From Halieaceae bacterium (GTDB lineage: Bacteria > Pseudomonadota > Gammaproteobacteria > Pseudomonadales > Halieaceae): a DNA stretch of 63,038 nt. Positions 9,550 to 19,167 of the stretch are shown piece by piece (position 1 is the first letter of the stretch; each line of letters starts with the position of its first letter). The DNA lies in contig JABHWT010000164.1 of the NCBI GenBank assembly GCA_018657645.1, positions 1 to 63,038 on the forward strand, in the 5' to 3' direction. The notes under the pieces were generated by a model. The model was not told where the DNA came from. It searched no databases and worked only from the letters and a program-made list of their open reading frames with translations. The position numbers were made by a program, and so were the translations under genes.

Positions 9550-10152
9550 TTGAATTTTCTGGCCCACTTTCATCTCGCCTGGCCTGACAGTGGCCTGGTT
9601 GCCGGTGGATTGGAGGGTGACTACTGTAAAGGACCTCTTGGCAACAACATGCCAATTGCTATCAAACGGGGTGTCAAACTACACCGTTCCATCGATGCCT
9701 ATACCGATAGCCATCCTTTGGTGATAGAGCTGCGCCGCGAGTTTCCACCTGCGCTGAGACGTTATGCCGGTATTTTGATTGACCTGGGGTTTGACTACTG
9801 TCTGACCCGCCGTTGGTCACACTACTCGACCCTGGCTTTGGAGGAATTTAACGATGCCGTCCTTCGGCTCCTTCTGGACCAGCAAGACAACCTCAGTACC
9901 GATTGCCAGACCATGCTGGCACGCTTGATTGAGCACAATATTCTCGGTGCCTACCACGACTGGCAAACAGTCTCTATCGCCGCAGCAAGAATAGGCGAAC
10001 GCTTCCAGCGCGGCAATCCACTGCGAGACGTGGACCGGGAAATGGCCTCCCTGAAATGTAGGCTGGAATACACTTTCAGTAACTTTTACCCTCAGCTATT
10101 GGGTTTTAGCAATGAGCAGAAAAGGCACCTGGAACTAGTCCATGATCGCTGA
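9550..10152 (+). CDS. acpH: acyl carrier protein phosphodiesterase
   Basis: N-terminus MNFLAHFHLA matches the AcpH signature. TTG start, 200 aa. Confidence 0.85.
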   Translation: MNFLAHFHLAWPDSGLVAGGLEGDYCKGPLGNNMPIAIKRGVKLHRSIDAYTDSHPLVIELRREFPPALRRYAGILIDLGFDYCLTRRWSHYSTLALEEFNDAVLRLLLDQQDNLSTDCQTMLARLIEHNILGAYHDWQTVSIAAARIGERFQRGNPLRDVDREMASLKCRLEYTFSNFYPQLLGFSNEQKRHLELVHDR

Positions 10153-10282
10153 ATAGAATATTGCACCGCATTGAAAAAGTGTCGAGGTACACCAGTGGGT
10201 CGCCAACCCGAGGCCGGCCAATATCCACTTGCCCACTGCTCGCCACCTGCTTATAGTAGGGGTGAGTAACGGGAGGCCTTCG

Positions 10283-10768
10283 ATGACATTCACTAAAGAG
10301 AGCCCGAAGCAACAGTTTGTAGCTGTCGATGAGTTACTGGGCCACTGGCTGGAAGAACGGCAGGTCTTGTTGGCCCGCTACACGGAAATTGTGGTCGCCA
10401 CTGACAGTGTGTTAGAGGGTGCCGAAATCGGGAAACGCCAGGCCGCGCTCTCGGAATTGCTCGTAGACTATGTATCGGCGGGCCACTTTGAAGTGTTTCA
10501 CAAACTTGTTGCCGAGGCGGAGGGATTTGCCGACGGCAGTAGCGAACTTGCGACCCGATTAATGCCCGCCATTGCCGACACCACCGAAGTGATTCTGGCC
10601 TACGATGAAAAATACAGTACGGGGGAGGATTACCCGGAGACTCTGGAGCGCGATTTGTCGGCTCTGGGTGAGGTGCTGGAGTCCCGGTTTGTATTGGAAG
10701 ATCAGCTCATTGCCGGCCTTCACACCAGACATCGATCTGAAATGACAACGAGTGCTCCCAGCTCCTGA
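10283..10768 (+). CDS. rsd: Rsd/AlgQ-family anti-sigma-70 regulator
   Basis: LVDYVSAGHFEVFHKL and LESRFVLEDQLI match E. coli Rsd. ATG at 10283 is preceded by GGGAGG, so the ORF-track start at 10229 is probably an over-extension. Confidence 0.85.
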   Translation: MTFTKESPKQQFVAVDELLGHWLEERQVLLARYTEIVVATDSVLEGAEIGKRQAALSELLVDYVSAGHFEVFHKLVAEAEGFADGSSELATRLMPAIADTTEVILAYDEKYSTGEDYPETLERDLSALGEVLESRFVLEDQLIAGLHTRHRSEMTTSAPSS

Positions 10769-10798
10769 TTTATCAGAAGCTGGGAGCTGTCGAGCTAC

Positions 10799-11575
10799 CT
10801 ACTTGGCGGCAGCCTCTTCCGCTTCCGGTGCAGCAATCGCAACCAACTCCACTTCGAAGATCAGTGTCGCATTTGGCCCAATCACGCCCCCGGCGCCACC
10901 GGCACCATAGGCAAGCTCAGATGGAATAAACAGCTTCCATTTTGATCCCACAGGCATCAGTTGCAGCGCTTCGGTCCACCCCGGTATGACCTGGCCAACA
11001 CCGAATGATACTGTCTGACCTCGACTGTATGAGGAATCAAACTCGGTGCCGTCCAGTAAGGTGCCGCGGTAATGGACTTCAACCGTATCCTCTGCGCCCG
11101 GCTTTGCGCCCTCTGCTGCTTCCAATATCTGGTATTGCAAACCTGTCTCGGTTACGATAACGCCTTCCGCTGATGCGTTGGTCGCAAGAAACTCTTTGCC
11201 CGCGGTAGTATTTATAGCCGAAGACTCCTCTCTCTGGGTTTCCTCCAGGGCTTGTCGCTTCGCCCCGTATGCTCTCAGTTCTTTCTCAATTTCCTCTTGG
11301 GTCATACGAGATTCTGCGCCAGTCAGCGAATCGTGCAACCCGCTGGCAAAAGCATCCACATCCACGGGTACCTGTTGCTGCTTCATGGTCACGCCCTGGT
11401 TGTAACCAATACCGTAGCTGAAGCGCTGTTCAAATGACTCAAGAACGGGCGCCCCGGCCGCCGATGCTGCTGGCGGTGCTGCCGTTTCGGTAACTGGGGA
11501 TGTGGTTGGCTGTTTGTTACAGGCCTGCAAGCTAGCCACCGTGGCCAGTGCAAGCGGTAGTGCGTACTTCTTCAT
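10799..11575 (-). CDS. FKBP-type peptidyl-prolyl isomerase (Mip/FkpA-like), lipoprotein
   Basis: Lipobox LQAC, N-terminal dimerisation helix region, C-terminal FKBP domain (VHYRGTLLDGTEFDSS...GVGQVIPGW). Confidence 0.9.
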   Translation of the reverse strand: MKKYALPLALATVASLQACNKQPTTSPVTETAAPPAASAAGAPVLESFEQRFSYGIGYNQGVTMKQQQVPVDVDAFASGLHDSLTGAESRMTQEEIEKELRAYGAKRQALEETQREESSAINTTAGKEFLATNASAEGVIVTETGLQYQILEAAEGAKPGAEDTVEVHYRGTLLDGTEFDSSYSRGQTVSFGVGQVIPGWTEALQLMPVGSKWKLFIPSELAYGAGGAGGVIGPNATLIFEVELVAIAAPEAEEAAAK

Positions 11576-11968
11576 AGAATTAGTCCATAGTGATAAACGT
11601 CAGGGTATTCTGGATACCAAATTAACTGCAATTGATGTGATCCCGGCAATTAAAACCGCGCCCCAAATTCGGCGCTATCATAATTCTGAGTGCCTTTCAC
11701 TCGTGCACTTCTAACCAACACAAGCCGGGAATTCGCAGTGGGTGTGCATCTTACTACCCCGAGGGGCCCCAATGCTAGTGTGATAACGCAAAGTGACGCA
11801 GGACAAAGTATCGCGCTTAAAACTAAGCCGGTCGCAATATGAAGTCATGTTCCACCACTTGTAAATCACGCTTTATTGACCCTGGCCATTACAAAAGGTT
11901 CAAAACGCAGAAATGAGGAAAAATCACTCTGGTTCCACACCGATGCAGCGAGTACTATTCGCGTCCCT

Positions 11969-13849
11969 ATGATTATTCTTAGAGAAATCAGTTTGCGGCG
12001 GGGGGACAAAGTCCTGCTGCGAGACGCCAGTGTGACAATACAGCCCGGACAGCGTCTGGCGCTTATCGGTGCCAATGGCAGCGGAAAGTCCAGCCTGTTT
12101 TCACTGTTCCTGGGAGACCTCGGCGCAGATCAGGGCGAGATAGAGGGTATGAATAATTTACGCCTGTCACACATGGCTCAGGAGGTTCAAGCCACAGCAA
12201 TGCCTGCAGGCGAGTACGTTCTCAGAGGAGATGCCAGGCTGGCCCATTTGAGAGACAAATTACAGCGACTGGAATCCAGTGGTGACTTCAGCAGCGCGGC
12301 CGATATTCACAATGAGTTGGAAGATATTGACGGCTACAGTGCCGAGCGACGAGTTGAACGCCTTTTGCAGGGTCTGGGTTTTGCAGACAATGCCACCCAA
12401 AGACCAGTCTATGACTTTTCCGGTGGCTGGCGTATCCGGCTCAACCTTGCTCGTGCCTTGATGACGCCCTCGGATGTGCTGCTACTGGACGAACCCACCA
12501 ACCATCTGGACCTGGATGCCACTTTGTGGCTACAGCAGTGGCTGGCCCAATATCCAGGCACCTTGTTAATCATTTCTCACGACCGGGATTTCATCGATGC
12601 CAGTTGCCAGCGCATTCTACACCTGGCGCAATTTCAATTAACCGCATACAGCGGTAACTACAGCGCGTTTGAGCGCCAGCGCGCCGAGCGCCTGGCCAAT
12701 CAGCAGGCAACCTACGAAAAGCAACAGGTACGCGTGGCCCAGATTAGCGACTTTGTTCGACGTTTTCGCTACAAGGCTACCAAGGCCAAGCAGGCCCAGA
12801 GCAGACTAAAAGAGCTGGAGCGCATGGAGCTGCTGGCACCTGCACATATCGACTCTCCCTTCGATTTCAGCTTTAAACCACCCACCAAAACCAGTGATCC
12901 ACTACTGCGGCTGGACCGAGCGACCCTGGGTTATGGTGACAGGGCAGTTCTTCACGCCATAAACCTGCAATTGCGCCCCGGCAGCCGGCTGGGTTTGCTC
13001 GGAAAAAACGGTGCCGGCAAGTCCACGCTGCTAAAGAGTCTGATTGGTGCATTACCCCTGTTGGCTGGCGACAGAACCCCGGGTGAACACTGCTATATAG
13101 GCTATTTTGACCAACAACAACTGGAGTCACTGGACCTGCAAGCCAGCCCCGCCCTTCACATTCAGCGGCTCAGCCCCGAGGCCAGAGAGCAGGATATCCT
13201 GAACTTTCTGGGTGGCTTTAATTTCAGGGGTAATGCAGCCAGCGGTGCTATTGAGTCATTTTCTGGCGGGGAAAAAGCCCGCCTGGCGCTAGCGATGGTT
13301 GTCTGGCAGCGACCCAATCTCCTGGTCCTTGATGAACCGACCAACCACCTCGACCTGGACATGCGTCACGCCCTGGAAGTGGCCCTGCAAGCCTATGAAG
13401 GAGCCGTGATTCTGGTCAGCCACGACAGACACATGCTGCGCAATACTGTGGAGGAGCTCCTTTTAGTCCACGACGGCAAGGTAGATGAATACGGGGAGGA
13501 CCTGGACGGGTACGAAAAATGGATTCTGGGCAGCTACAAAACGGACAGCGAAGCCGCCGCGCCCGCATTGAACTCACGCAAAGAAATGCGTCAACAGGCG
13601 GCTGCACACAGAGAAAAACGACGGCCACTGCAACGTCGCCTGGAGAAAACCGAGCGACAAATGGCTGAAGCGGAACAAAATCTGGGAGAAGTTCGAGTTC
13701 TATTGACCAACGCCGACCTGTATAACGAAGCCAATAAGGATCAATTAGCCGACCTGTTAAGCCGAGAAAAGGAGGTGAAAGCCAAAATCGGGCAGTTGGA
13801 GGAAACCTGGTTTGAGGACCAACATGCCCTGGAAGACATGACTAGTTAG
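11969..13849 (+). CDS. yheS: ABC-F family ATPase YheS-like (two ABC domains, no TM)
   Basis: Collinear with E. coli YheS from MIILREISLRRG onward. Two Walker A sites (GANGSGKS, GKNGAGKS) and two LSGG signatures. The ORF-track start at 11876 is likely over-extended. Confidence 0.9.
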   Translation: MIILREISLRRGDKVLLRDASVTIQPGQRLALIGANGSGKSSLFSLFLGDLGADQGEIEGMNNLRLSHMAQEVQATAMPAGEYVLRGDARLAHLRDKLQRLESSGDFSSAADIHNELEDIDGYSAERRVERLLQGLGFADNATQRPVYDFSGGWRIRLNLARALMTPSDVLLLDEPTNHLDLDATLWLQQWLAQYPGTLLIISHDRDFIDASCQRILHLAQFQLTAYSGNYSAFERQRAERLANQQATYEKQQVRVAQISDFVRRFRYKATKAKQAQSRLKELERMELLAPAHIDSPFDFSFKPPTKTSDPLLRLDRATLGYGDRAVLHAINLQLRPGSRLGLLGKNGAGKSTLLKSLIGALPLLAGDRTPGEHCYIGYFDQQQLESLDLQASPALHIQRLSPEAREQDILNFLGGFNFRGNAASGAIESFSGGEKARLALAMVVWQRPNLLVLDEPTNHLDLDMRHALEVALQAYEGAVILVSHDRHMLRNTVEELLLVHDGKVDEYGEDLDGYEKWILGSYKTDSEAAAPALNSRKEMRQQAAAHREKRRPLQRRLEKTERQMAEAEQNLGEVRVLLTNADLYNEANKDQLADLLSREKEVKAKIGQLEETWFEDQHALEDMTS

Positions 13850-14148
13850 TGCGCATCCAGAAACTGCTTGGCTCAATGCGCAGGCTGTAAAGGTTAACTG
13901 TTTTTGACACCTTTGAGCTCCGCCGAGCGGAGGCTTGTTTTCATGGATTGGAGGCACATGGAGAGCCTGCCCCCGCCTTATCGGGTATGTGCCGGAAAGC
14001 CTTGCCGCGCAGGGACGCGCGTCAAGGCGGACCCGTGAAAACTGGCCGTAGTGAGGGAAGCCGAAGGCCGGGCGATAGTGTCCAAAACTGTTCATCTTTA
14101 CAGTCGCCTCCAAAGTCTAGTGAAAAAAGTAGTGTTTCTAGATGCGCA
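13850..14148. mobile_element. MITE/REP-like palindromic element, copy A (complete)
   Basis: Terminal inverted repeat TGCGCATCCAGAAAC (13850-13864) versus GTTTCTAGATGCGCA (14134-14148), 14/15 matched. Second inverted repeat 13885-13910 versus 14078-14103. Flanked by CTAGTTAG on the left and TTAATTAG on the right. Shares modules with the copies at 19031 and 56412-56985. Confidence 0.75.
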
Positions 14149-14159
14149 TTAATTAGTGC

Positions 14160-14414
14160 TCAACTACCCTTCTCAATCAGCCTTAATTTGTCCGCCCGGG
14201 TCATTTTTTTTATGCTGGCTTCCCGTCGCAGGGCGGCGCCGCGGTCGTTAGCAGCATCGCACCAGAGTAACCGCACCGGGCGGCGGCCGCTGGTATATCT
14301 GGGCCCGCCCCTACATTCGCCGTTGTGTTGTTGCAGCCGACGCTCGAGATCCTTGGCGATGCCCGTGTAGAGTGTGCCGTCCGCACACGCCAGAATATAA
14401 ACCTGCCATGTCAC
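14160..14414 (-). CDS. GIY-YIG nuclease family protein (UPF0213/YhbQ-like)
   Basis: 84 aa. VYILACADGTLYTGIAKDLERRLQQHN is the GIY-YIG motif region. GTG start lies 3 nt after the elbB stop. Confidence 0.85.
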   Translation of the reverse strand: MTWQVYILACADGTLYTGIAKDLERRLQQHNGECRGGPRYTSGRRPVRLLWCDAANDRGAALRREASIKKMTRADKLRLIEKGS

Positions 14415-14417
14415 CTT

Positions 14418-15071
14418 TCACACCAGAGCCAGAACCTCCCGCACACATTGACTAATACCGGTGTAGGCCTGCCCCACGCCCTCGGCAAGCATATAGGCTG
14501 GAGTTGTAACCAATTTGCGCTCTGCATCGACACAGGCCTCAGTTACCGGGCAGTCGAGGTGTTGTCCCCCCATGGCAGTGATTGCCGCAGCTGTATCAAT
14601 ATCATTCCCAATTGTGCAATTTGTGCCCTCGCCACAGATGGCCGCCGCCATAACCGGCGCAATGCAAATCAGGCCAATGGGTTTACCGGCAGCGTGAAAA
14701 TCCTGGGCCACACGCAAAAAATCACTCTGGATGCTCATATCGGGCCCAGAAACGGCAAAATTACACAAATTTTTTGCTGCCCCAAACCCTCCAGGCACCA
14801 CCAGGGCATCGAACTCCTCGACATTAGCCAGCGCCAGATCGGTAACATTGCCCCTGGCTATTCGAGCCGCTTCCACGAGGACATTACGGACTTCCCCCTC
14901 GGACACTTCGCCGGTCAGGTGGTTAACAACATGCAGTTGCTCAATGTCGGGCGCAAAACACTGGTAAGCAGCCCCCTGTTGCTCGAGGCTGAGTAATGTC
15001 AATACCGCTTCGTTAATCTCGGCTCCATCGTAAACACCGCAACCCGCTAGTACCACTGCAACCTTAGACAT
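14418..15071 (-). CDS. elbB: isoprenoid biosynthesis glyoxalase ElbB (DJ-1/PfpI superfamily)
   Basis: MSKVAVVLAGCGVYDGAEINE N-terminus and ICIAP nucleophile elbow. ATG at 15071 is preceded by GGAGGTGG. The ORF-track start at 15170 is over-extended. Confidence 0.85.
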   Translation of the reverse strand: MSKVAVVLAGCGVYDGAEINEAVLTLLSLEQQGAAYQCFAPDIEQLHVVNHLTGEVSEGEVRNVLVEAARIARGNVTDLALANVEEFDALVVPGGFGAAKNLCNFAVSGPDMSIQSDFLRVAQDFHAAGKPIGLICIAPVMAAAICGEGTNCTIGNDIDTAAAITAMGGQHLDCPVTEACVDAERKLVTTPAYMLAEGVGQAYTGISQCVREVLALV

Positions 15072-15380
15072 GTTCCACCTCCGGCTATTTGCCCAACAAA
15101 AGATTGATATCACAAAGCACCCAATGTACCACTTGGAGAGGTTTTCGGCAGTGCTTATGTGGCAATCCAAGCTATATTCCGCCTGATTGGTGTAGCGGTA
15201 CCTGATCGACTAATTGCAAAAAGGGCAGGCCTGGTCATTGCCCGCTATGCACACCAATATCTTACACATCTTTTTCGCGCCCAACTGCGGTTTCTAGGTT
15301 GTACCTCACCTGTTGAGTGGTATGATTACCCTCCTCGAAACCCCGCAGGGCAAATTCCTGCACATTCTCCGGAGATTACA

Positions 15381-15707
15381 ATGAGCGAACAAATCGTACA
15401 CGTCAGCGATGCAACTTTTGGCGAAGAAGTTCTGAATTCTACTGTCCCTGTACTGGTGGATTTTTGGGCTGTATGGTGTGGTCCATGCAAAATGATTGCC
15501 CCACTGCTGGTTGAAATTGCCGCCGAGTACGATGGCAAAATCAAGGTTTGCAAGGTAGACGTAGATGACAACCCGGAGATTCCACCCAAGTTTGGCATTC
15601 GAGGCATTCCAACCCTGATAGTATTCAAAGACGGCAGTGCAGAGGCCACTAAAGTCGGCGCTCTTTCTAAAGCCCAGTTGATTGAGTTCGTTCAGGAAGT
15701 TATCTAA
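15381..15707 (+). CDS. trxA: thioredoxin
   Basis: 108 aa, WCGPC active site, near-identical layout to E. coli TrxA. ATG at 15381 follows GGAGA. Confidence 0.97.
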   Translation: MSEQIVHVSDATFGEEVLNSTVPVLVDFWAVWCGPCKMIAPLLVEIAAEYDGKIKVCKVDVDDNPEIPPKFGIRGIPTLIVFKDGSAEATKVGALSKAQLIEFVQEVI

Positions 15708-16189
15708 GGCAGGCCCGATTGCATTTAAGCACTGCTGCTTGATTTGAGCAATGCGCAGGCTCAAAAGCAGTACCAGGGCACCTCTGAATAATGCCGCGAG
15801 CCTGCGCCTCAGATCGTGCCCTAAGGGGCTTTCGGACAGATTGGAGAAATCTGTAGCCTTTTGGGGCAGCTAAAGTACATAGCGCCAAATCGGCCTGGGG
15901 CTGGCGCGAGGATGAATGCCTGAGTAGTGTCTACATTGGCCTGAGCAGCCCTAAGCTACCGCTAACTGTAGCCCCACACTATCACGGTCTGCAGCCCTTC
16001 CTGAAAAAAGCGCTAGACGATAGTCGCCGAGCGTGCTAACTTTGGCTTTGTCTGCACACTTCTGTGCCGCAATAAAAGCCCTGCGACTCTAAAAATAGCT
16101 GAATATAAGCCAGCGTGTATCAGTTTCGCGACAATTAAAATCCGAAATTACACCCACCTCCCCTCCTTACTCGCGTTCCAACACTATCT
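15708..16189 (+). promoter_or_regulatory. long trxA-rho spacer including the probable rho promoter and 5' leader
   Basis: 482 nt with no credible ORF. A C-rich, G-poor tract (16151-16185, CACCCACCTCCCCTCCTTACTCGCGTTCCAACAC) sits immediately before the rho start, compatible with the rut-like autoregulatory leader known for rho in E. coli. Promoter position not determined. Confidence 0.35.
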
Positions 16190-17458
16190 ATGAATCTAAC
16201 AGACCTGAAAACCAACACTACCCCAGAACTACTCGATATCGCCAAAGAGATCGGCCTTGACAACATGGCGCGATCCCGGAAGCAGGACATCATTTTTGCG
16301 ATCCTGAAGCGTCATGCAAAACGAGGGGAAGATATATACGGCAACGGCGTGCTGGAGATTTTACAGGATGGCTTCGGCTTCCTGCGATCGGCGGACAGCT
16401 CCTATCTTGCTGGCCCCGATGATATCTATGTCTCCCCCAGCCAGATCCGCCGCTTTAACCTACGCACCGGAGACTCGATCACGGGGAAAATTCGCCCCCC
16501 CAAGGACAGTGAACGCTATTTCGCCCTGCTCAAGGTAGGCGAGGTGAACTTTAACAAACCGGAGAATTCAAAGCACAAAATCCTGTTTGAAAACCTGACT
16601 CCTCTCTTTCCAGATCAACGCCTGACCCTGGAAAAAGGGAATGGCAGTTCCGAGGACCTCACCGGCAGGGTTATCGACCTGATTGCACCCATCGGTAAAG
16701 GCCAGCGTGGCCTGCTGGTTGCTCCGCCTAAGGCCGGCAAAACTATTATGATGCAAAGCGTCGCCCAGGCAGTTATCAGCAATAACCCAGAGTGCGACAT
16801 TATAGTCCTGTTAATCGACGAGCGACCCGAAGAGGTCACCGAGATGAAACGCTCAGTGGGTGCTCGGGGGGCGGAGGTTGTGGCCTCAACATTTGACGAG
16901 CCCCCCTCTCGCCACGTGCAGGTTGCCGAGATGGTCATCGAAAAGGCCAAACGTCTGGTGGAACACAAGAGAGATGTGATAATTCTGCTGGACTCAATTA
17001 CCCGCCTGGCTCGCGCCTACAACACGGTGATTCCAAGCTCTGGCAAGGTACTAACCGGTGGTGTCGACGCCCACGCACTGGAGCGTCCCAAGCGCTTTTT
17101 CGGCGCGGCACGCAATATTGAGGAGGGTGGCAGCCTGTCCATTATCGCCACGGCAATTATTGATACCGGCTCCAAAATGGACGAAGTTATATACGAGGAA
17201 TTCAAAGGCACCGGCAATATGGAATTGCACCTGGACCGCAAAGTTGCAGAAAAGCGAGTTTACCCTGCCATTAACATTCGCCGTTCGGGTACGCGCCGCG
17301 AGGACTTACTCACCGGGGACGAGGAGTTGCAGCGCATGTGGATTCTGCGCAAGCTTCTGCACGGCATGGAGGATGCGGCGGCCATCGAGTTTCTGTTGGA
17401 CAAGCTCAAAGATACCAAGACTAACGAAGAGTTTTTCATGTCCATGAAACGCAAGTAA
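16190..17458 (+). CDS. rho: transcription termination factor Rho
   Basis: 422 aa, MNLTDLK N-terminus, Walker A PPKAGKT, conserved trxA-rho synteny. Confidence 0.98.
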   Translation: MNLTDLKTNTTPELLDIAKEIGLDNMARSRKQDIIFAILKRHAKRGEDIYGNGVLEILQDGFGFLRSADSSYLAGPDDIYVSPSQIRRFNLRTGDSITGKIRPPKDSERYFALLKVGEVNFNKPENSKHKILFENLTPLFPDQRLTLEKGNGSSEDLTGRVIDLIAPIGKGQRGLLVAPPKAGKTIMMQSVAQAVISNNPECDIIVLLIDERPEEVTEMKRSVGARGAEVVASTFDEPPSRHVQVAEMVIEKAKRLVEHKRDVIILLDSITRLARAYNTVIPSSGKVLTGGVDAHALERPKRFFGAARNIEEGGSLSIIATAIIDTGSKMDEVIYEEFKGTGNMELHLDRKVAEKRVYPAINIRRSGTRREDLLTGDEELQRMWILRKLLHGMEDAAAIEFLLDKLKDTKTNEEFFMSMKRK

Positions 17459-17544
17459 CACCTGCTCCCGAAAAACTTCCCGCGTTGCGCCTGACTCCTA
17501 CTCGGTGTACTGTCCGTTTGAAACAATAGGCGGACGATCATAGC

Positions 17545-19026
17545 GTGAAATACACTGACCTGCGCAGTTTTATAGCCTCACTCGAAGAGCGCGGCGAACT
17601 CCACCGCATCACGACAGAAGTCGATCCGGTCCTGGAAATGACCGAGATATCCGACCGCATATTGCGAACGGGTGGACCGGCCCTGTTATTCGAAAACCCA
17701 AAAGGCTTCAACGTACCGGTGCTAACCAACTTGTTTGGTACCGAACAGCGGGTTGCACTGGGCATGGGCATGGAGGATATTTCTGCCCTGAGAGAGATTG
17801 GTGAAGTCCTGGCCTACCTGCGACAGCCGGACCCACCCAAAGGTCTGCGCGATTTTTGGGACAAGAAACCCCTGCTTAAAAAAGTGCTTTCCATGAACCC
17901 AAAGCTGGTCAGGAATGCACCCTGTCAGCACCATATCAGACAGGGTGCCGATGTCGATCTGCGCAGCCTGCCCATTCAGACCTGCTGGCCACAGGACGCG
18001 GGGCCTCTGGTCACCTGGCCCCTGGTTATTACACGCGGGCCTCTCAAGGAACGACACAATCTCGGCATCTACAGGATGCAATTAATTGGACGCAATAAAC
18101 TCATTATGCGCTGGTTGCCTCATCGCGGCGGTGCATTGGATTATCGCGACTGGCAAATAAAATATCCCGGCAAGCGTTACCCGGTTGCAGTGGCACTGGG
18201 AGCAGACCCGGCTACTACCCTGGGCGCTGTCACACCCATCCCCGATACTATTTCCGAGTATGCTTTTGCCGGCCTGCTGCGAGACAGCAAGACCGAGTTA
18301 GTCGAGTGTTTCACACCGCTGTGCAAAGACCATGGTCTGCAGGTACCGGCTACAGCAGAATTCGTACTCGAAGGTTATTTGGAGCCCGGCGAAATGGCCG
18401 ATGAAGGGCCCTTTGGGGATCACACCGGCTACTACAACGAAGTCGGCAGGTTTCCCGTTTTCACAGTCGATGCAATAACCCACCGCGACAACCCCATTTA
18501 TCTCAGCACCTACACCGGCCGCCCCCCCGACGAACCGGCCATTTTGGGCGTTGCTCTGAACGAGGTTTTTGTCCCCATTCTGAAACGCCAGTTTCCGGAG
18601 ATTGTTGACTTCTACCTACCCCCTGAGGGTTGTTCCTACCGCCTGGCGGTAATCACCATGCGCAAGGAATACCCGGGGCACGCCAAACGGGTCATGCTAG
18701 GCGCGTGGTCCTTTCTGCGTCAATTTATGTACACCAAATTTGTCATTGTCACAGACGACGACGTGAACGCGAGAGATTGGAAGGACGTGGTATGGGCCAT
18801 GACGACGCGAATGGACCCCCAACGGGATTCTGTGTTCATCGACAACACACCGATCGATTCTCTGGATTTTGCATCGCCAACCGAAGGGCTGGGCTCGAAA
18901 GTCGGGTTTGATGCAACCAACAAGTGGCCAGGTGAAACCCAGCGCGAGTGGGGTCGACCTATTAGCATGGATTCCGCAGTAAAAGAGCGTATTGACACAA
19001 TCTGGAAGGAATTGGGAATAAACTAG
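17545..19026 (+). CDS. ubiD: 4-hydroxy-3-polyprenylbenzoate decarboxylase
   Basis: [11 protein letters not shown]-terminus (GTG start), 493 aa, collinear with UbiD, conserved rho-ubiD neighbourhood. Confidence 0.95.
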   Translation: MKYTDLRSFIASLEERGELHRITTEVDPVLEMTEISDRILRTGGPALLFENPKGFNVPVLTNLFGTEQRVALGMGMEDISALREIGEVLAYLRQPDPPKGLRDFWDKKPLLKKVLSMNPKLVRNAPCQHHIRQGADVDLRSLPIQTCWPQDAGPLVTWPLVITRGPLKERHNLGIYRMQLIGRNKLIMRWLPHRGGALDYRDWQIKYPGKRYPVAVALGADPATTLGAVTPIPDTISEYAFAGLLRDSKTELVECFTPLCKDHGLQVPATAEFVLEGYLEPGEMADEGPFGDHTGYYNEVGRFPVFTVDAITHRDNPIYLSTYTGRPPDEPAILGVALNEVFVPILKRQFPEIVDFYLPPEGCSYRLAVITMRKEYPGHAKRVMLGAWSFLRQFMYTKFVIVTDDDVNARDWKDVVWAMTTRMDPQRDSVFIDNTPIDSLDFASPTEGLGSKVGFDATNKWPGETQREWGRPISMDSAVKERIDTIWKELGIN

Positions 19027-19030
19027 CTAG

Positions 19031-19122
19031 TGCCTGTCCATAAACTCTTCAGTGCGAAGAAATTCGGTAAAAGTCGAGCTATGGCATTGTCCATCAGGAC
19101 CGTCTGCAGCAGGGAGAGCCTG
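19031..19122. repeat. truncated copy B of the MITE/REP-like family (left arm only)
   Basis: TGCCTGTCCATAAACTCTTCAGTGCGAAGAAATTCGGTAAAAGTCGA...CATCAGGACCGTCTGCAGCAGGGAGAGCCT aligns with the left arm of copy C1 (56412-56520). Preceded by CTAGCTAG. Confidence 0.7.
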
Positions 19123-19167
19123 AAAACAACGAAGTGATGTGCCGCCAGAGGATTTTTCAACACGCTG

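Noticed and set aside
13847-13864. The terminus GTGCGCAT of element A resembles the XerC arm of dif (GGTGCGCATAA), with xerC in the window, which raised the question of an IMEX or dif-like site.
   Set aside because: The other copies have GTGCCTAT, GTGCCTGT and GTGCACAT at the same position. No 6-8 nt central region followed by a XerD arm is present. The similarity is limited to 8 nt.
15159-15380. N-terminal extensions offered by the ORF track for trxA (15159), elbB (15170), hemD (22543), yheS (11876), rsd (10229), GST (50509), the CoA ligase (41371), the FNT channel (63017) and the second glnK (30185).
   Set aside because: Alignment with the known family N-termini, plus Shine-Dalgarno motifs, places the real starts at internal Met codons. 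Several extensions would also overlap the neighbouring gene.
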